A stretch of 64,000 bases of DNA from an uncultured Gemmatimonadaceae bacterium. GTDB lineage: Bacteria; Gemmatimonadota; Gemmatimonadetes; Gemmatimonadales; Gemmatimonadaceae. A program made the position numbers and the translations under genes. The stretch spans positions 1,888,001 through 1,952,000 of the forward strand of contig CAWJMB010000002.1 of assembly GCA_963843845.1 (NCBI GenBank). Direction: 5' to 3'. The notes under the pieces were generated by a model. That model made no database searches. It was not told the DNA's origin and saw only the letters and a list, made by a program, of their open reading frames with translations. Below are positions 55,826 through 64,000 of the stretch, piece by piece (the stretch's first letter is position 1; each line of letters opens with the position of its first letter).

Positions 55826-55854
55826 GCGGGGTCGCTCTACGCGAGCGGCCCCGT
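55826..55854 (+). terminator. Hairpin after the tRNA cluster
   Basis: GCGGGGTCGCTC-tacgc-GAGCGGCCCCGT with no U-tract. Confidence 0.5.
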
Positions 55855-56072
55855 CGTCGTCTCCTGAAGCGAAGGTGGAACGCCTGGCGCCGAGCTGGGT
55901 TTCACGATCGCGGTCGCGGAATCGGCGAGTGAGTGGGAGAGCTTGCACGGCGATCGCGGTTCGGTTACGAATCCCCGTCCGCCGCGGGTTCGGGACGTAA
56001 GTCTTTCGCCCGCAGCAGCTTGGTGTGGATCGGTTCGCGCGTCGCGTGAACAGGGTGCGCGCCGGGGGATCC

Positions 56073-56123
56073 GAAAAAAAAGTAGAGAAGCGGGTTGACG
56101 GCGATACCCGTTCTGAGTAAAAT
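56073..56123 (+). promoter_or_regulatory. rrn promoter with A-rich UP element
   Basis: A8 tract, then TTGACG (56095), 17-nt spacer, TAAAAT (56118). A boxB-like hairpin and a boxA-like TGATTGACAAC follow. Confidence 0.85.
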
Positions 56124-56320
56124 GAAAGGCTGCCGCAGAGAAGGCGGCAACATTGCACGAGTTGATTGACAACTGAGACGAGATCGCAGGATGTGCGAGG
56201 CGGACTCGCTGATCCGTGGCCGCAGGGGCTACGGGGAGAGTTCAACCTGACATTCAATAGTGATTCGGACACGCTGCCACGCGCAGCGTGGCAGCTGTTC
56301 GAACGAGCTACATCAACTTT

Positions 56321-57861
<1,541 letters not shown>

Positions 57862-58137
57862 CCGGAGTCGGGAGTAGCCCCCTCGGGGACGAAACCACTC
57901 GGAAGTCGCACGCCTCGTACGTCCCCGATCTCGAACTCAGTTCTCAGCGTATTTTGCGTGCGGCGCCTCGGCGCCGCGCGCTCGCTGTTTGACAAGTGAC
58001 GTAGTAGTGATCGTAGATCGCGAATCAACACCGTGATGCGATCGTCAGCGCGCCGAGGGCTTCGCAGCCGTCGGCATGATGACAGTCGAAATCATCACTC
58101 GTAGCATGTTGCGCGTGTTGTGCTTGAACACAGACGT

Positions 58138-61106
<2,969 letters not shown>

Positions 61107-61210
61107 ACACCATCTGGATCCACTTCGGTGGATCCGCTACAGCACAACACACGACTGCTACGTCGTGTTCAGATTCGCACTCGATCACTACTTCGTCACT
61201 TGCCATAATT

Positions 61211-61329
61211 TCGCTGGCGACTAGAGCGCAGGGGCCACACCCGTTCCCATCCCGAACACGGCCGTTAAGCCCTGCAGCGCCGATGGTACTCCGCCCGAGA
61301 GGGCGCGGGAGAGTAGGCCGTCGCCGGCA
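61211..61329 (+). rRNA. rrf: 5S rRNA
   Basis: CCCATCCCGAACAC, GCCGATGGTACT and GAGAGTAGG. Terminal stem GCTGGCGAC/GTCGCCGGC. Confidence 0.97.
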
Positions 61330-61336
61330 CCCCGTT

Positions 61337-61380
61337 CAGAACCCCCGCCGCGCCTGCCGCGACGGGGGTTCTGCGTTTCT
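61337..61380 (+). terminator. rrn terminator
   Basis: CAGAACCCCCG...CGGGGGTTCTG stem followed by CGTTTCT. Confidence 0.8.
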
Positions 61381-61401
61381 ACGATCCGCTCCCGGATCTC
61401 T

Positions 61402-62283
61402 ATGCCACGCGCCGGAATCGTCACCGTGGTCGGCAAGCCGAACGCGGGCAAGTCGACCCTCCTGAACCGCCTCGTCGGCGAAAAGCTCAGCATCACGAGC
61501 GAGAAGCCGCAGTCCACTCGCGATCGCATCGTCGGCATCCGGACCGAAGGCGAGACGCAGATGATCATCCTCGATACCCCGGGGCTTCTCGCGCCGAGGT
61601 ACGCGCTGCACGAGGCGATGCGCGGGATCGCGCTCGAAGCGCTCCGAGACGCCGACGTGATCGTCTATCTGCACGATGCGACGACCGGCCCGCCTCCACC
61701 GCTCGTCGACGCCGCGAGGCTGTCGACCGCGCCACGCGCGCCGGTGCTGCAGGCCTTCAACAAGGTCGATCTGCTTGCCAAGGACGCGGCGGAGCGGCTA
61801 CGCGTCGAATTCCCGAACGGGAACCACATCTCGGCGGCGACAGGCGAGGGAGTCGACGCGCTGCTCGCCGCGGCCTCGGCCCATCTCCCCGAGAGTCCGT
61901 TCCTGTATCCGGACGACGAGATCAGCACCCAGACGCTCCGCTTCTTCGCCGCCGAGCTGGTGCGCGAGACAGCGCTCGAGCAACTCGACGACGAAGTGCC
62001 CTACAGCATCGCCTGCGAGATCGAGGAGTTCCGAGAGGACCGCTCGCCCGTGTACATTCGGGCGGTCGTGTTCGTCGAGCGAGAGAGCCAGAAGCGCATC
62101 CTGATCGGCGCGAAGGGGACACGCATTCGCGAGATCGGGCGTGCCGCGCGGGTCAAGATCGAGTCGCTCGTCGGTGCGTCAGTCTATCTCGACCTCTGGA
62201 TCAAGGTGCTCCCGAACTGGCGGCGCGATACGCGGTCTCTTCGGCGGTTCGGTTACATCGTTCCCAAGGAGCCAGGCGCGTGA
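61402..62283 (+). CDS. era: GTPase Era
   Basis: GKPNAGKSTL, PQSTR, DTPG, NKVD, ISA, EVPYS and KH motif SQKRILIGAKG. Confidence 0.97.
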   Translation: MPRAGIVTVVGKPNAGKSTLLNRLVGEKLSITSEKPQSTRDRIVGIRTEGETQMIILDTPGLLAPRYALHEAMRGIALEALRDADVIVYLHDATTGPPPPLVDAARLSTAPRAPVLQAFNKVDLLAKDAAERLRVEFPNGNHISAATGEGVDALLAAASAHLPESPFLYPDDEISTQTLRFFAAELVRETALEQLDDEVPYSIACEIEEFREDRSPVYIRAVVFVERESQKRILIGAKGTRIREIGRAARVKIESLVGASVYLDLWIKVLPNWRRDTRSLRRFGYIVPKEPGA

Positions 62284-62447
62284 CGCTCTCCCCGCAACTG
62301 CTTGCCATCCTGGTCTGCCCCAAGTGCAAGGGGTCGCTCGACTACCGCGATGCCGAGTCGAGTCTCGTGTGTGAGCGCTGCGCGCTGCGCTATGCCGTAC
62401 GCGACGACATCCCGATCATGCTACTCGATGAGGCGACGCCGCTCTAA
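62280..62447 (+). CDS. Trm112/YcaR family zinc-knuckle protein (55 aa, not in the ORF track)
   Basis: MTLSPQLLAILVCPKCKGSLDY....LVCERCALRYAVRDDIPIMLLDEA. GTG overlaps the era stop. Confidence 0.92.
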   Translation: MTLSPQLLAILVCPKCKGSLDYRDAESSLVCERCALRYAVRDDIPIMLLDEATPL

Positions 62448-62472
62448 GCGTCGGTTCGTCGCCACGTCCGCC

Positions 62473-63469
62473 ATGTCCCGGCGACCTCTCGCGGTCGCTC
62501 TCTTCGTCGGCGTCGTTGTGGGTGCCTCGCCCCTCACGGCGCAGGCGAGCAACGCGGCGAGCGCCGGGCTGCTGCTCGCCCCGTTGGGCGCGCGACTCAC
62601 CGCGTTGGGCGGCGCTGGCGTTGCGGACACGAGTTCGGTGAGCGCGTTGTTCTCGACACCGGCCGCGTACGCCCACGCGACACAGCGGGCCGTCGCGTTC
62701 GAGTACGCGCAGGATGATTACACGAAGCGCGGTGTCGTCAGTGTGCTCTATCCGGTTCGATACGTCGGCACGCTCGCCCTGAGCGGGTACGGGCAGGACC
62801 TCGGGCGCATCCCGCGCACGATCCAGAGCGGAGTGGAAATCGGGACGCTGTACTACCGCAACGTCGAAGTCGGCGGCTGCGTACGCCGCCGGGTTCGGGC
62901 GCGGCGTCAGCGCGGGTGTCACGTTGAAATACATCCAGTCCCGCGTCGACTGCACGGGTAATTGTGAGCCGATTCAGGGACTTCCGCTCGTCCCTCCGAC
63001 CGTGTCGAGCACGAGTGCGGTGGACGTGGGACTTCAGTACGATCTCCCGAACAAGGCTCCGCTTCACCTTGGTCTCGCCGTGCGCAACATCGGACTGAAG
63101 CTGCAGGTCATCGATGCTGAACAGGCCGACCCGCTCCCGGCGCAGATCGCTGCCGGCGTTGCGTACGACGTTCCTCGCGTCGATCGGAAAGTCCCGGGCT
63201 CGTCGCTGCGACTCGTCGCCGACGTTACCGGCGGAATCGGGTCGTCCACGCAGGACAACTCGTTGCGGTTGGGAGCGGAGGGGGGGTATCAGCGCACGCT
63301 CTTCGTTCGCGGAGGGTACGCGTTCCGCGACGGCGTATACGGCGGCGCAACCATCGGATTCGGGCTCGTCCGCAACAGCTTTGCACTCGACGTTGCGCGC
63401 CAGGTCAGTGTGAGCGGCGTGCAGGCGAACAACCCGCCGACGTACGTCGGGTTGCGATACGCATTCTGA
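62473..63469 (+). CDS. PorV/PorQ-family outer-membrane beta-barrel (frameshift about 62875)
   Basis: Signal peptide, LLAPLGARLTALGGAGVA, AVDVGLQY, GLAVRNIG, RLGAE, VRGGY and a terminal YVGLRYAF beta-signal. Confidence 0.75.
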
Positions 63470-64000
63470 TGACTCTTCGGCGTACCATTCGCTGCACCTG
63501 CGCGTGCGCCATGATCGCGGTCGCCGCAGCAGCGGGCGATGCGCAGGCGCGTCCCCAGCCGAGCGTCGTGGCGCGCTGGACACGCGACGTGGCGGCCGCA
63601 GCGGTCACGGCGCCGATCGCCGCCTCCCTGGGGGGCGTCGAGGTCGCTGCGCCACGGCCGGGATGGCTGTTCAGCGGCGAGCGCGCGCCGCTCTGGGCAC
63701 CCGTCGCGTCACTGCTGCTGCCGGGCAGCGGCCAGCTGGTCATGCGGCAGCCGCGTGGTGTCGCGTACGTCGCCGCGGAGGTGTACGAGATGATCCAGCT
63801 GGTCGTCGCGCGACGTGACCGCAGCAGAAGCCGCAACGAGTTCAAACGGATCGCGCGCGACGTCGCGCGCCGCGCGTTCGGCGGCGTCGCAGACGGCTCG
63901 TGGCCGTACTACGAGGCGCTCACCGAGGTCGTCGAGTCGGGCAAGTACAGTCAGTCGGCGACGATCCTCGTGCCAGAAACCGACACGTCGACATTCAACG
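63469..64000 (+). CDS. Exported hypothetical protein (partial, runs off the window)
   Basis: ATG overlaps the previous TGA. Signal peptide and ASLLLPGSGQ motif, and the frame stays open to the window end. Confidence 0.7.
   Translation, partial: MTLRRTIRCTCACAMIAVAAAAGDAQARPQPSVVARWTRDVAAAAVTAPIAASLGGVEVAAPRPGWLFSGERAPLWAPVASLLLPGSGQLVMRQPRGVAYVAAEVYEMIQLVVARRDRSRSRNEFKRIARDVARRAFGGVADGSWPYYEALTEVVESGKYSQSATILVPETDTSTFN

Noticed and set aside
55820..56070. Possible integrated element or sRNA after tRNA-Lys
   Set aside because: No att duplication, integrase or credible ORF. It is best explained as the rrn upstream regulatory region.

Overview
A very GC-rich bacterial chromosome segment made almost entirely of core genes. 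16S signatures and gene content point to Gemmatimonadota, which is an inference. No prophage, IS element, integrase or CRISPR array is visible. In order the window holds: rpsT (-); a long + strand run (site-2 protease, scpA, scpB, rluB, a moxR/DUF58/Bat-like cluster, mutL, miaA, bshA, uppP, birA, ECF sigma, a CBM48-like putative anti-sigma and a small membrane protein); groES-groEL with a CIRCE element; a - strand operon (roadblock/LC7, single-domain response regulator, manC, GlmU-like protein, MBL hydrolase); lipoprotein-serS-histidine kinase-uvrD-gatCAB; a - strand DUF948/YtxH-like/Zn-phospholipase C trio; murA-pgeF; rimP-nusA-L7Ae-infB-rbfA-truB-ribF; secDF, tatD, ridA, murI, an lpxH-like gene, thioesterase, lipoprotein, lptE, heptose adenylyltransferase, rph, rdgB; three tRNAs; a complete 16S-23S-5S operon; era, Trm112 and a PorV-like barrel. 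About two dozen frameshifts, mostly +1, break genes including essential ones (seven in serS), so they are most likely long-read consensus errors. The most interesting leads are the ECF/CBM48-anti-sigma module, a recurring 29-bp AA-N19-TT dyad upstream of strong promoters, a possible LolB-fold lipoprotein, the roadblock-response regulator operon, a 16-nt UUCG hairpin insertion in 16S V4, apparent leaderless mutL/uvrD/lpxH transcripts, and a Cys-to-Asp MurA.
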